A stretch of DNA of 64,000 nt, taken from Lama guanicoe (Eukaryota). This document shows positions 34,990 through 48,650 of the stretch, piece by piece. A model generated the notes under the pieces. The model made no database searches, was not told the origin of the DNA, and worked only from the letters and a program-made list of their open reading frames with translations. Location: the NCBI GenBank assembly GCA_013239625.1, contig MU057354.1, positions 10,410,999-10,474,998 on the forward strand, in the 5' to 3' direction. The position numbers and the translations under genes were made by a program. Each line of letters starts with the position of its first letter. Position 1 is the first letter of the stretch.

Positions 34990-37725
34990 CAAATCAAAAC
35001 TGAATAAAAACTACAGAAAGGAAGATTTGAAGAAAAAGATGTCCACGTGGGGCTTTGTGAACTCAGCATATTCCTGGGAATCTAGGAAGGCAGCTGCATG
35101 TGTAAGGCTGCACACTTGCCCAGAAAAGATCTGAAAGGCCCACATTTCTTTAACTCTGGGTGATGCTGAGTTCCTGGAAAAGCAAGAAGTGGAGCCTAAG
35201 GCAGAACTGTAAATCCAGCATTGAAGGCCTGCTCCAACACATACACAGAGCCTTTCCACAAAGGTGAGAGATTTACTGGTCCAGTCATTTAAAGAAATCT
35301 CTGTTTCATCACTACCTGACCAGTAAGCTAACTGAGCAGAGTTAGAGTTCGTTCAGTGGTCACACCTGACAGGGAATACAGACTTTTCAGGGTCATCAAG
35401 GCAAATAACTAAACAAACAGCAGCAACAACAAAACACTATGGTGTGGCTATTAGGGGACGGATTTTCAGAACTGCCACATTACATTATTTAACACATCCA
35501 GTCTTCAACAAAAATGTATGAGCAAAGAAAAAGGAAAGCAGTCACAGGAGAGGAACTTAAAAACCAGGAAGAGAAAAGCTACTCAAAACGTACAAGAGAT
35601 ACTCAAAAAAATTAACTGACTTCTATCAGAAACTATGAAGCCCAGAAGGCAGTAGGATGACTTAGGCAAAATGTTAAAACAAAAAGACTACTAATCAAAA
35701 ATTCTGTATCTAGTAAAACTATCCTTCAAAAATGAAGAAGAAGTTAAGGCATTCCCAACTAAGCAAAAATCGAGAGAACTGTCAATAGCAGGCATGTCCT
35801 ACAAAAAATACTGAAGAGAGTCCTTCAGGATGACATTTAAAGACACCAGCCAGTAACAAAACCGCACAACGATATAAAGAGCACTGGCAAAGTAACTACA
35901 TAGGTAAACATAAAAGACAGTATAAACACATTTTTTGTCTGTAATTTTTAAATTCTCCTATCAGATTTAAAAGATAACTGCATAATAAAGCAATAGTTAT
36001 AAACCACAATGATGAGTTTATATTGTGCAAAGATGTCAGTAACAGCACAAAGAAGGAGGGAGGTATAGCACACTTTCCGTTAGACTGACCCCATCCCTAA
36101 AAAAAGCATGTAATTATGTTGGAGCAAAATTGTAGTATACTACTGAAGTTAGTAGGTATTTATCCTAGTATACAGTCTTTAAATTAAAATATTAATTGTA
36201 ATCCCCATGGCAGTCACTTAGAAAACAACTTTACAAAGGTAAAATAATTGACAAGACAACTAATATGGTACTCTATAAAATATTTATTTAATACAAAAGA
36301 AAAAAGTAATGGAGGAATAGAGGAACAGAAAAGATATAGAATAGAAAACAGAGTAGAAATCAAATAGAAAATGGTAGATGTAAATCCTCCCTTGTCAGTA
36401 ATTACATTAATCATAAATGTATTTAACATCCATTCAAAAGGTATAGATTGGAGAATAAAGTAAATAGTCCAAACATATACTGCCTACAAGAAACATTTTA
36501 GATTTGAAGGTATAAATGGTTGAGAGCTAAAGGATGTAAAAAGATAGACCAAGCAAAAGCAACCATAAGACAGCTGAAATTTTTATACTAACATTATGCA
36601 AAATAGGCTTCAAAACAAAAAAAAGTTACTAGAGATAAAAAGGGACATTTTATAATGATAAATGAGTCTGCACATCAGGAGATATAAACACATATACACT
36701 TAACAAGAGAGCTCTAAAATACATTTTAAAATACTGGCATAACTGAAGGTAGAAATAGATAATTCAATAATAAAAAATAAAGACTTCAATAGTCCTTTTC
36801 AACAATGTCTAAAACATTTAAGAAAAAGAGTAAACTGAAAATAAAATAGTTCAAGAATACTATAAACAAACTAGTTCTAACAGACTTTCACAGTACACAC
36901 TACCCAACAACAGCACAGCAGACAGTCTTCTCAAGCACCTGTGGAATATTTTCCAGGACAGACCTTATGCTAGGCTCTAGGACAGAACATGAAGCAAAGT
37001 CCAATAAATGCAAAAGGGTTGAAACCATACAAAGTAGGCTTTATAACCAAAATGAAGTAAAATTAAAAATTAAAAACAGAAGGAATTTAAGGAAGTTTGC
37101 AAATATGTGGAAATTAAGCAACACACTCCTAAATAACCAATACATTAAAGAAAAAAAATCACAAGGGATATTAGAAAATACTTTGAGACGAATACAATGA
37201 AAACACAACATGCCCCATTATTGAATGTCACTAAAGCAGTGCTAAGAGGAAAATTTATAGCTGTAAACACTTAAATTAAGAAAGATTCCAAGTCAATAAT
37301 TCAACTTTCTACTCTAAAAAATTAGAAAAATTAGAGCACAGCAAATGCAAAACAAGGATAAAAACAGAAATTAGAAATAAATTAGAGAATAGAAATACAA
37401 CAGGAGAAAAGTAAATGAATCCAAAAGTTAGTTCTTTGAAAAGTTCAACTAAATCGGCAGACCTTTAGTTAGACTTACCCCATCCCCAAAAGATGAGATA
37501 CTCAAGTTACTAAAATTATAAATGAAAGAACAGGACATGACTAACAACCTTATGGAAATGAAAAATAATACGACGAATAACTGTATCAACAAATTAAATA
37601 ACAGAGGTAATCGCTGAAGTATTTAGGGGTAGCAGGGCATCACTCTTAAATAATTCATGAAAAAAGTTATCTTTACTGAACTTGCAAACTTCTGCACATA
37701 TGAAATTCTTTCAAAAAAAAAAGAG
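34990..37725 (+). mobile_element. Degenerate L1M: 5' region, ORF1 end, inter-ORF and ORF2 endonuclease region
   Basis: ORF1 end TCAGAAACTATGAAGCCCAGAAGGCAG...AAACTATCCTTCAAAAATGAAG. ORF2 fragments such as MWKLSNTLLNNQYIKE and GGGACATTTTATAATGATA. Many stops and frameshifts. Confidence 0.92.
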
Positions 37726-39484
37726 TAAAGAAAATGATAACCACGTCATGCTATTATTCACAGCAAGGCTTATTATTGTGAGAAAGAAGCAATCTCAGAG
37801 TTCAGACAATAATGATTTACTTCTAATTGGTGGCAAAAATTCACTGAAGTATAGATCTGAACACGTGTGTACATCACACAAATGTCTGAATTTGTGATTT
37901 TAGATGCAGAGCAATTTTAGAATCAACTGAAAGGCTAACTAAGGTATGGCTATTGGAGTGGAGGCTGAAACGAAGTGGAGATCATTAGGAGTTGGGAAGT
38001 CAAGGAACTGAAATGTACAGGCAGTGGAAGAGTCATACATGAGGACCTGGAGATGGTGGAAAGTGATGGCAGGACCTAGGATGGAGAGAAAGAATGGAAA
38101 TTAGGTTCCAGGTTTTCCTTTTAAGGAAATGGCTGAAGACGCAGCTATGAGAAGAGTGCAGGAGCAGAGGATTTTAAGACAGGAATGCATCTTAAAGAGG
38201 TTGTAGAAATAGTGAAGATGTGACAGTACAGGAGTATGGAGGAAGAACTCTGACCTTAACCTTAGCTAGCTCTTAAGAGATCACGTTGGCTGGCCTGATT
38301 CTGCCATGGGTTCAAAATTGTATGGAAAACATCACAGCCAGAAATCAAAGGAAATTATATGAAGCTTAGTCTGCAATTGCTACCTGTCAGGAAATCAAAT
38401 AAGAAAACATATTTGATACATATTTAAAACTTATTTCTATAATTCTCTCCTGATCAAGTTACCTGGGGAAATAATAGGAAATAATAGTTAAGTAACTGAG
38501 CTGACATCTATGTATTCTTCACTAGGGCATTTGGACCCTGAGATTTGTAATGCCACCAGTGGCATGTTGCATAGCAAGTTAACGATGCACACTCTATTGC
38601 ACTGTAGCAATGATACAGGCGCGCTCTACCTCAAGACAAAGGGTGTGTACACACATACACAAAGATAGATATAGATACTTCTAGACACAGATAATTTACA
38701 GTTCCATTCAGTTACAGGTAAGGCTATTTTTCAGTCTACAAAGAAAAGTACCATATATTCTATTCAAATAGTTACCTTCTCTACGGAGAGGTTACGTGGT
38801 AAAGAGCAAAGCTAAAACACCACAACTGAGGTGAACTGAGACAATCTCTGACAATTTGGGGACATTGGATAAGCCATTTACCTACCTGATTTTAGTTTTC
38901 TTTGTGAAATGACTTTATTTAAAATTCCTCCAAATGTTGTTAATTCAAATTCATTTATGACTTTATTTACATGTATCTATTTAGACATATTTAGTATATG
39001 AAGTGAATTACCTATTGCTTTATTCCTTTAATGTTACAGTACCCTATATATTATATGTATAATGTATTTTATACATTACATACTCAAGAACATCAAAATG
39101 ATTTTATAAAAATCATAGTGGAAACTTCTTCCTGTTTCCAATCTTCCTGGTTACTCAGCTTGTTTGTCTCTCTCTATCCATGCACCAACCCCCACACATT
39201 TAGTTTTAAAGTGTTAGCATATTAATAGAAGCAGGGCATTTTCTAGGGGGTTTCAGTCCTACTACAAAGTGATTATTATTAGATCTTCCTTGTTTTTTAG
39301 AGGAATGCTTTATTTAGATAATTTTCTAATACCCCAAATCACAATGACAGATATTTATATTTATCACTTATTTCTTACACTATTAATTCTTATGGAAAGC
39401 TGTTTACCTAATGCCTTTGCCCACGGAAAATTGTGCTATACTGAAATCATTCTAGGATGGGCAAGTATATTCACTACACACACT

Positions 39485-39490
39485 TTTATT
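39485..39490 (-). terminator. Candidate CLEC14A polyadenylation signal
   Basis: AATAAA on the - strand about 1 kb past the stop codon. An alternative is at 40082-40087. Confidence 0.4.
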
Positions 39491-40486
39491 AAGGAGGGGA
39501 AGGAAACGGTTTGGAATTCAAATTTTCCTATGCATTAAACAGTGCACAAGAACCTAGCAACTCTGGAGGAAATCCAGCTTATTTTTGCTTTAATGTACCC
39601 AGAAGATTTCAAATCAATACTTAGCATTAACGTTTTAATTGAAAATTAACATCACCATAATTGGAAGTGAGGATCAGCATCCAGATGTTTAAGAGAGGGC
39701 TATTTGGTTGGGAAGGTCATTACACTAGAGAGCACAAACACTGAAAGAGGAAAACACAAATCACTTGTTTCCTTGAGCAAGGACATACAGTAAACACCTG
39801 AATTGGTGGTCAACTATAATTTGCTTCTAGAGCCAGTGACTCTGGCAACACTACAGTTTGGATTTATAGCAGAGCACACAAGTAGCAATGACTTTGAAAG
39901 TAAAGGATAAAAGAACCCAGGAAAAAGTTCTTTAAGATCTACTCATGGCAAGGACTTCCCCACTCAGCCTAAATGCAGGAGGCACTCTTGCTGCTATTCC
40001 CAGCATGCCCCTCAGCTGTTCCTCCTGAATAATCACCCGTCTGGGACACCAATGATTTTGAGTTTGGGTTATCAACAATCCTTTATTTTCGGCCTGGGAA
40101 TTTCAAACCAATATACTCCCAGTCTGAACAATGCAGACAGATTTCCTTTCTATTTTGGCAAAAAAGAAAATTAAAAATATATTTGCTTCTCGTGTCTTAA
40201 AAAGTTCAATCACCTCTCCAAATCTCTCAGAATAAACACAAGAAATATCTCCCCCTGGTAGGATTCTGCCCCACTCCCTCCACCACCCTAAGGCACTTCC
40301 AGTTTCTCCATCTTCAGGGAAGTCGTGCCCAGTTCAGATTTAGCTCCTCAGTGGAGTAGAGGGAATTTAGAAGGGAAATTTTTGTAGGTAATGTCAGTCG
40401 CACAAATAAGTTCCTCTTCTCCTTTTCTCTTTTCACTGAAAGTGAAAAACTCTGCTCACCAGAAGTGCTCATTGTTCCCTGTTTCC

Positions 40487-41962
40487 CTATGTGTCCCCAG
40501 AGCCAAGAGAGGAGCCTGTCAGTGAGGCTCCCTCGACTCTGTCCTGCAGACCACAGTCCCTGACCTTAACCCCGTTGTCTGTGCAATGTACAGAATTAGA
40601 GTTCAGAGCAGCAGCCTCAGCATCACTCTCTATGCCCCGTGGGGCCAAAGGCCCCTTTCTTGGCGGAGGGGAAGGGCTCTTGTGGAAGCAGAGTTTGAAA
40701 AGCCCCAGCACTGTCATGGTCAGTATCACCAACACTACTACCGCTATGCTAACAAGTAGTAAGACCACGGTGGAGGAGGAATCCAAAGCCTGGGGACTGT
40801 CAGAGGAAGATGTGGAATTAGGCTTCGGAATCACCCTTCCTGAATTGGTGACGTCGGCCTTTGACTCAGTTTGAGGGGACATTTGAAGGGTAGATATCGT
40901 GCTCTGCTCTCCCCGCCCAGGAATCTCGGGAATAGATGTTGCTGAAAGGCCTTGTCCGGGGGCACGGGGTGTCTGTCTTGACTTCTCCTGGACACTGGGT
41001 GACCACGTTCTCTTCGGCACGGGGCTGGCTGCAGTGGCTGCTGGGTGCCAGGTGGGCACCTTGGTCCCTCCAGGGGCCGGCTGTCCTTCCCCACTGGTTA
41101 CACAAGAGCGTCCGTCTTTCCCCAGCACAAAGCCCGCAGCACATTCACAAGCAAAGCCTCCCAAGTCATCTAGGCAGTCAGGGAGCTCCGCGCATCTGCC
41201 AGCACGGAGGTATCTCCCGGGACAGGGACAGAGCACGGCCCCGGAGGGTATCCTGTCCCAGCGCGCGCCGACCTCGTCCGCGGTGCAGGTGGCTGTGATG
41301 GAGAGCTGCCCCGGGCAGAGCGCACTCACCTTGGTCCCGGGGGGACTGAAGTCCAGCGCCGCGCTGTAGAGTTGAAAGGGCGCGCGGTAGCTCAAGTTAG
41401 AAGCGGCCCCGGGGTGCGGAGCGGGGCACAAGCCCTCAAACTGGTACTTGCACAGGTAGCCGTCGGCGCGCCGCTGGCATCGCATCTCCTTCCAGCCTGC
41501 GGGCTCGATTCCCCCGGTGGCCTGGAGTCCCGCGCAACTGCGAGCGGTGCAGGAGCGTTGGGGCTCCTCCACCCACTGCAGCGTGTCGCTTTCTGACTCG
41601 CCGACGTCGGGGGACAGCCAAGAGAAACCCCGCAACGGCTCGTTCTCCAGGGTGCAGTGGGATCGCCTGCGCTCCAGCGCCACCCAGAATAGAAGGTCTT
41701 TGAAGCCCTCTCCGGGCCGCGGGCCTGCCCGCAGGAGAGCGAGCACCGCGCGGAGCTCGGCGCCCCCGCGCACGGTGCTGAGCGCCCCGCCGCGCAGGTT
41801 GCAGGCCTCTTCGGCCTCCTGCCGCTTGAAGGTGGCGTGGTGCAGGCTGTAGCAGGCCCCCGAGGCCGAGCAGCCCGCGCGGTCGGCGGTGGGGTGTTCG
41901 CCATGGCCCGGCCGGGGCCAGAACGCCTGCCACAGGAGGCACAGGGCGAACGCCGGCCTCAT
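40487..41962 (-). CDS. CLEC14A: C-type lectin domain family 14 member A (endothelial type I membrane protein), single-exon CDS, 491 aa
   Basis: Signal peptide MRPAFALCLLWQAFWP, then CTLD (CYSLH...FWVALERRRSHC...WVEEPQRSC...WKEMRC...GYLCKY), sushi-like domain, EGF (CLDDLGGFACECAAGFVLGKDGRSC), Ser/Thr/Pro mucin stalk, TM VVLLLVSIAVVVLVILTMTVLGLF and a short tail. ATG at 41962 in context CCAAAATG. Adjacency to SSTR1 matches known synteny. Confidence 0.98.
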   Translation of the reverse strand: MRPAFALCLLWQAFWPRPGHGEHPTADRAGCSASGACYSLHHATFKRQEAEEACNLRGGALSTVRGGAELRAVLALLRAGPRPGEGFKDLLFWVALERRRSHCTLENEPLRGFSWLSPDVGESESDTLQWVEEPQRSCTARSCAGLQATGGIEPAGWKEMRCQRRADGYLCKYQFEGLCPAPHPGAASNLSYRAPFQLYSAALDFSPPGTKVSALCPGQLSITATCTADEVGARWDRIPSGAVLCPCPGRYLRAGRCAELPDCLDDLGGFACECAAGFVLGKDGRSCVTSGEGQPAPGGTKVPTWHPAATAASPVPKRTWSPSVQEKSRQTPRAPGQGLSATSIPEIPGRGEQSTISTLQMSPQTESKADVTNSGRVIPKPNSTSSSDSPQALDSSSTVVLLLVSIAVVVLVILTMTVLGLFKLCFHKSPSPPPRKGPLAPRGIESDAEAAALNSNSVHCTDNGVKVRDCGLQDRVEGASLTGSSLGSGDT

Positions 41963-42610
41963 TTTGGAGGCCCTGCGCCCACAACTGCTCTCAGCTTGTT
42001 TCTGTCCCGCCCGAGGGCGTGAAGCTGTCCCTAGAGCGCGGGCACCGCCCCCCACAGCTGGCTTTCCTCCCGCTCCCCCACTCTACTCCCGCCCAGCCCC
42101 TCAACTGCCAAGAATCCCCGCCAGGGTCCTGGCGGCAAAAGGCTTCCCTTAGGCCGCGACAGGAAATGTGTCCAGGGTTCTGCCAGGCCCGGTGCAGCCC
42201 TGATTTATTCTGGGATCAGGAACATAGCTGGCGCCAGGGCACAGGGATGCAGTCGACCAGCAGGTCAAACACCCTGCTTCGAGCAAGAGAAAACGGAAAT
42301 CGCCACTGGGAAGGAGGGTGTCGTTTTCCCCGCTCAGAGACGTTCAGAACCTCGGATCCCAAAACACTTCGGTGAACTCCAGCAGGAAGGGCTGGAGACG
42401 TGGACTTGCTGACCGCCCACGCCCGCGCATTGCGCTCGGGACGGAGCGGTGGGGTTGGCCCCACAACGCTTTGTAGACGGCGCCAGCCTTTGTCAGACGG
42501 TGGGGAAAAAAATCTTTTGAGAAGTATAAGCATTTCCCTTCGCCACCAGAGGCAGCACAGTGTGAGCGCCCGTCCCTTCCTGGCTCTGCTCCTCTGTGCT
42601 GTCGAGGAGA
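41200..42610. promoter_or_regulatory. CpG island / CLEC14A promoter with ETS-type GGAA cores
   Basis: GC/CpG-rich. ACAGGAAATG at about 42159-42168 and other GGAA cores lie upstream of the ATG, consistent with an endothelial promoter. Confidence 0.8.
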
Positions 42611-44564
42611 GTTCAGGCGTGCTAATTGCTAGTCAAAGAATTTAGGGTTCTCTTTTGGGTATCTAAAGTGGGAAATCCTGATTCTTCCGTCAGTGCTCGC
42701 CTTACAAGTTTATTTTTTGCTTCTATTTCTTTCTCTCTGAAATGACCTTATTGGTTCACTCAGGAAAGGAAATGTATTTCTAGGTTTAAAAGAAAAATAA
42801 CGGCCATAGATCTTAACGGTTATGTTGTTAGGTTTCCTTACATTGTATTGGTTCCTCTCATTATATTGGCTCATAACTAATGCTTCAAGCTTATAGGTTA
42901 TATATAAATGAGATCATGGCCTTACTACTGTTTGAGAACAACCACCCTACGTGTGATTTTATCCTTAAACTATTTTAATATCATTTTCTCTTACGATTAA
43001 ATGCCAGTATTTGTAGCAGTAAGTTGTATAAGTCCCCTCTAAGGCACACCAGAGTTCAAGATCCTTAAGAAAGTAAAATATTCATTACATGGTAATACAT
43101 ACTGTATACCGCTAAAAAAAATACCCTGCAGCTTAAAAAAATAGGTGAGTCAATTTCTTCAGAGTTCCAATGGGTGTTTTGTTTTAATGTAAACACTTCA
43201 ACTCAGTTGGAAGTAGGGAGGAATTAAAGGGGAGTAAAGGAAGGAAAGTTAAACACCGCACTATGAAGGGATTTTCTTGTGAGCAACTTAGACAACATGC
43301 ATCATTTTAAAAAACATGTTATCTATCTTGGTGCACAGCGACCAAGTAAGCTGCAGTTAGAAATACATAAAGAATTTCAACTAAGCCCTCTTAATATTGC
43401 ATGATGCTTTAAGACATCTATAATCAGAATGAAAGCTGTCATTCCATGGGTAATGCACGCCAGGCTTTTAAACTCACTGGTTCTGGACTGGACTGTTGAG
43501 GTTAGTGAGAAGAGGCGCAAGGAAGGTTTCAGGACCACATCTGTGTGCTCCCACCTTGTTTTCACTGATACTTTCACTCTTCTTTTCCTCTTGGAAATTC
43601 CATGTATCTTAATAAATGATAGTAAACAACAGGAACCATCATCACACTTGCCTTGCTTTTGCTGACTGGGGAGTTCTGTAGTGAGATTGCTCTCCTACCC
43701 TTGCTGTGTTCCAATTTAAAGGACATTCATTAATCCTTCATTTCAGATGCCCGAGAATCACCCTAAACATGACTTTGCATTTAAATTAATGTCTTACAAA
43801 AGAGGAATGTGAAAATCTAGAAATCTAATTGAATGGATTTTAAAAGTACTTAATTCCTTGGGCCAGCTCTGTATACCTCTGCAATCCAACAACTGTGTGT
43901 TTATAAATGTGTCTATGCAGAACTGTATATTTTAATAAAATAAAACTTTCTACAAATCTAAGTAGTCAGTGGAAATCTCTTAGATACTTTAAAAATCTTA
44001 GGTATTTCAGAAGAGGTGAGGTTTCCAGAGTAAGAAAGAGTGAATGACTGAAAAACTGATAGTAAATATGTGATCTCACCTCCTGGCATTCTGCTCAGGG
44101 AGGTGGGATATTAGAAGAGAAAACAGTGGCCGTAATGACTGCATATCACAGTCCTGGCCATGCCTGCAGTGATGTGAGAGAAGAGTTAGAAAAAAAAAAA
44201 ATTAGCTCCAAGTAAGACACATATCGTTTTGTAATAAATTACTTTGTATTGATCAATTTACCACTAACATTTTAAAATGTATTAGTATACCTGAGAAAAC
44301 TAGAAAGGAAGGAATGCTTTTACTTTTTATTAGTTATTAATTTATTATTTTTTATTAACAGCTCACCTGATTGAACATTTATCCTGGTGGGTGTGGGTTT
44401 AGTGCTCATGGCTGCCATTGAAGATTAGTATTAGTTACGTGCCCATTTTGCAGATTTAAAACCAAAATCTGGAGATCATGTATGTAGTTGGTCTGGGGTC
44501 AAATGAGCAAGGATGAATCCAACCACTCTGAATCCAAAGCCTATGTTTTTTTGTTTTTTGTTTT

Positions 44565-44905
44565 CCTTTTAAATGGCAGTAAAATTCACTTAACATAAAA
44601 TTAACCATTTTAAAGTGTACAAATTTTTTTTTTCTGTAACTTGCCTGATCACAAGAATCACCCTAGAGGTTCCTTAACATCCAGCTTCCCTCACCTCACC
44701 CCTGAGCCACAGTGGATCCCCACCCCCCCACCTCCCGCCCCGCGGGAGAGCCCTAGTTTTTTTTTTAGCAAGTGCTAAGCAAGCCTGGGAAACATGGCTC
44801 TAGGGATATTCAGTCCAGTGATGGTTAGCACATTCTCAGTGTCAGGCAACCGTCACCTCCATTAGTTCCAGAACATTTCTATCACTTCAAAAGGAAATCT
44901 TATTC
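44565..44905 (-). mobile_element. L1MB-type 3' end interrupted by a MER5A1-like segment (about 44632-44803)
   Basis: AACATAAAATTAACCATTTTAAAGTGTACAA resumes as CAGTGATGGTTAGCACATTC...TTCCAGAACATTTCTATCAC after CCTGATCACAAGAATCACC...GGGAAACA. Confidence 0.65.
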
Positions 44906-44984
44906 TCAGAATGTTCTATGTGTTTAAAAATGTTATTATGATCCTAATAGGATACTATTTTACCTCCAATGGATTCCAAATATC

Positions 44985-45700
44985 TAAAATTTTGACAATA
45001 CCAAGTGTGGATCCACAGCCTTTTATATGTTACAGATGAGAGCAACAACTTTGGAAAAACTTGCCTTTTTTTCCTAAAATTGAACATTTACATACTCTCT
45101 ACCCCAGTACTTCCATGCCCAGGTATTTATTCGAGAAATGCTTGCAGGTGCAAGAAAGGATATATAAAAAGATGCTGATGGCAGCACTTTCATATTAAAA
45201 AACAGAATGAACCCAAATGTCTAGCAACAGACGGTAAATAAATAACCTGTGGTATATTCACTCAGTAAGTATTATATAGCAATCAAAATGAATGAAAAAT
45301 CACCACAAGTAACAATATGAATTAATCTTATCAACACAATGTTAAGTAACAAAGATTCCAAAAGATTATACAGATTCTGGCATTCCTTTTATGAAATTTT
45401 TAAAAATTATTAAATATATATTTGTATTTTTAAGGAAAAAAATAGTTTAAAAATGAGATAAAAAGAGCAATGAATGTAAGATTCTGGGTGATGGATCCTT
45501 TGCGTGGGAGGGAGGGGAAGATGGACTGGTAGGGGACATGATTTGATGTGGGCTGTTAAGAGTTCTAGCTTTTGTGTTAGATTGTGGCTTTGTAGGTATT
45601 CTATTATTAAAAAAATAAATAATCAACAAAATAAATAAAAGTGGGCTTATCTGGACAAATGATGAGAGAATGATGTGAACCAAAAATCATAACTAATCTC
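44985..45700 (+). mobile_element. Ancient L1 (L1ME-type) ORF2 end and 3' region
   Basis: TGACAATACCAAGTG...ACTTTGGAAAA...CCCAAATGTC...TGTGGTATATTCAC. Confidence 0.75.
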
Positions 45701-47249
45701 TAAGCATTTGAGTTCCAAAATGTACAATGTAAATAAAATCAAGATGCTAGTTATGTTTTCAACAAATATTGTTGATATATTTACTTTGGTTCCCACATTC
45801 TTTTGCAGGTAACATATTTCTGAATTTAAGCCAATTATTAATCTGAAAAAGCATAATAATTAAATATGTCCCTGTTTCTAGACTTTCCAGACAATGTGAG
45901 TAGTAGTATTAAGAATCACATATGGTATTTATTTGTTCATTCATTTATACAAGGCCTTCCAAAGAACTAGAGAGAATATATAAGCAAAATAAGCTTAGTC
46001 CAACATTTTTCTTTGATTATTAATTTAAAAATATCAGAAACAAAGATGGAGAAAGATAAAATTTCACTAATCATGTCTCAAGTAATCTTAAAAATTTATA
46101 AAGTTGTTGATCCTCTGAATAAATTCTGTTAATTGAAAGAAAACAACATCCGAGTCTTAGCATATTTCTGAATTCACCAAAGATACATAAAAATACTTCA
46201 GAGGAAACTGAAAAGGAGACAACATTCCCTTAGGAGAACACGGCATTCAGAAGCTAACCTAAGCTAGAGCCTAGGAGTTATGAAGATTCCTTGCCTTTCA
46301 GAACTGTATCGGACATTAACGAAATGATCAATGATCAAAATTTTTATACATTTAACTGAGGAAAATTTAAATTCTAAGTCTCAAGTATCCATTAAGTGCT
46401 TAATGAATGATAAAACCTACAATTTTATTTTCCAAAAACCCAGCTTCTAATCATCATTATGTACATGTCCTAATCAGGATATGTGGTTCGACTCTTAACC
46501 CAACAGATCATACAGGCTCGTAACCTAACAAATTCACACACCTCTGAATAGATGAAGTCTTCTTTTAGGTGGCATTGTGTTTAAGTCATCTGCACGTATT
46601 TATATGTAGTCATTTCAGAAACGTATGTCACAGGACAACTCTCTTGGTTTAGTGAACAGCATAACTAAGTACAGAAATATGAAACTTTAAAACACACTAA
46701 ACTTCCATCTCCTTCATTCAAACTGCTCTCTAAACAGAGGCAGTCATGACCATGTTCCATGTACCCTGGAGGTAAAATACAAAAAATTATTCTCTGGTGG
46801 TCATTGCAGAATTAGTACGTGTCCCCATTGCCAAGTTTATAATCAATAAATAATGGAGGAATGACTCATGCACACAGAAGGCTTGTTATAATCCAACTGC
46901 CTAACAAGTTCTAAACTATAAATATTTATCTTACTACTCAGATATTTTTTCAAAATTGCCTACAGAGCCAGTTTATGAGCCACACTTGGAAATCAGTCTC
47001 ATTACTTTAAAGTCACACAGTTACATGCACATGCACACACATGCTCACACATCTCACCCAGACTTTTTTTTTTTTTTTGGACAGATCACAATGAAGGTGA
47101 AACGTGTAGGATTAGCTAATATCATCCAGCAAACAAAGTACAGTTGTATGAGATGAGGAGATGGTGGGTGCGTTGTAGACCTTTTAATTAGTTAAAGTTT
47201 GGCATCTGTCCGATCAGGTCCATAGCACTGGGAGGTTCTAGTCCTGGCC

Positions 47250-48650
47250 CTTTTCTCTTTCCACTGGCTGCTCTCTCCCTCATGTAATCTCATCTCACCC
47301 TATGGTTTTGGATAGCATCTCTACACCAGTGATACCCAAACATATCCACACTCCACTCTTGACAAAGCTCTAAACTCACATATCCACCATGTACTTAACA
47401 TTTGATATCTCCTAGGTATTTCAAATTCCCATTTCCTAAACAGAACTTTGGTTCTTGCCTCCATCATTTCAGTAAACAGTGAACGATCCCCTAAGATGCT
47501 CACCACCAGCTTCCTCACCTTACACTGGTCGGGTTTTTTTCAATTATAACTGATAGAAGTCCAACTTAAATTAGCTAACTGCAAAAGGGAATTATATGAT
47601 TCATATAACTAGGAAAAATCCTGGAGTAGTTCCAATAGTCAGAACAGAATAGTGCCAAAACCACAGCAGCCAGGAGATTCAATCACATTAGGATTTGTCT
47701 TAATCTCTCTCCCTTTCTCTTCTCTCTTCACGGCTGCATCCTCCCTTGCTTCCTTCTGTCTTTCTTCAAATGGCCTGAACAAGTCCACTGGCAGCTGTCA
47801 TGTGACTCCGGTATAACATGCTACTAAAGGAGAGCTTTCTCCTCTAGCTCCATTAGCAAAATCCTAACAGAAGATTCTGACTGATCCAGCTTCAGTAATA
47901 TGCCAGTCATTTGCTCAATCATAGTAGCCAAAAAGACAGGACCCAGTGATTAGTGATTTCCTTTAGAGGGCAGAGGCTCTACCAGAGTTACAGGTAAGAT
48001 ATATTCAATTCTAGGTCTACAGTATACTTTGGATAGGTCTAGTTTTATGTCTCCACTTTGATCATCCTGGTCAACCCCTATCGTATGTCTTCTCACTGGT
48101 CTGCCTGCATCATTCTGGACCCCATGGAATCCAGACTCATTCTTCAAAGACTCATCAGGATGACCTTTAAGAACCTTAGTCTGATTATGTCTTTCTTCTG
48201 TGTATATTCCTTGAATGACTCTCTGCTGCTCCTAAAATAAAGCTCAGATCCTTACTGAGACCTACAAGGCACTGGTTCCTTTGCACCTTTTAGCTTTATC
48301 CACTTGTCCCTCTGGTCTCAGTTCAATTGCCAGCATGTAAGTGAGATCTTTGAAGGGAACCCAATCTCCCTTTCCCCACCAAGCAACATTCAACCCCCAG
48401 TCTCTTTCTATGACACCAACTTGTTTTGTTTTCTTCATAGCAAGTATCTTGTTCTTTTATTTGATTGTTTTTGCCTGTCTCCCACTCAATGGAAGCTCCA
48501 TAAAAAAGGCAGCACTTGTCACAAATGAGTACGTGAATGTGTGACTGAACCTACCACCATTCTGCCCCTTGTTCATTATGCTCCAGCCACACTGGCTGTT
48601 CTCTGTTCCTCCAAACACCTGTAATTCTCACATGATTTCCCTTTAACTAA
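47250..48650 (+). mobile_element. L2 fragments with an intervening MLT1-like piece (about 47525-47950)
   Basis: CTCATCTCACCCTATGGTTTT...AACAGAACT; CTGGTCTGCCTGC...GCTCCAGCCACACTGGC. Confidence 0.55.

Noticed and set aside
41963-42055. 31-aa N-terminal extension of CLEC14A
   Set aside because: GTG start; it would bury the signal peptide, and ATG 41962 has good context.
40491-42645. Many overlapping and antisense ORFs around CLEC14A (also 670-4745 around SSTR1, including the 199-aa ORF 3839-4438)
   Set aside because: Expected from stop-codon scarcity in CpG islands; no recognisable domains.
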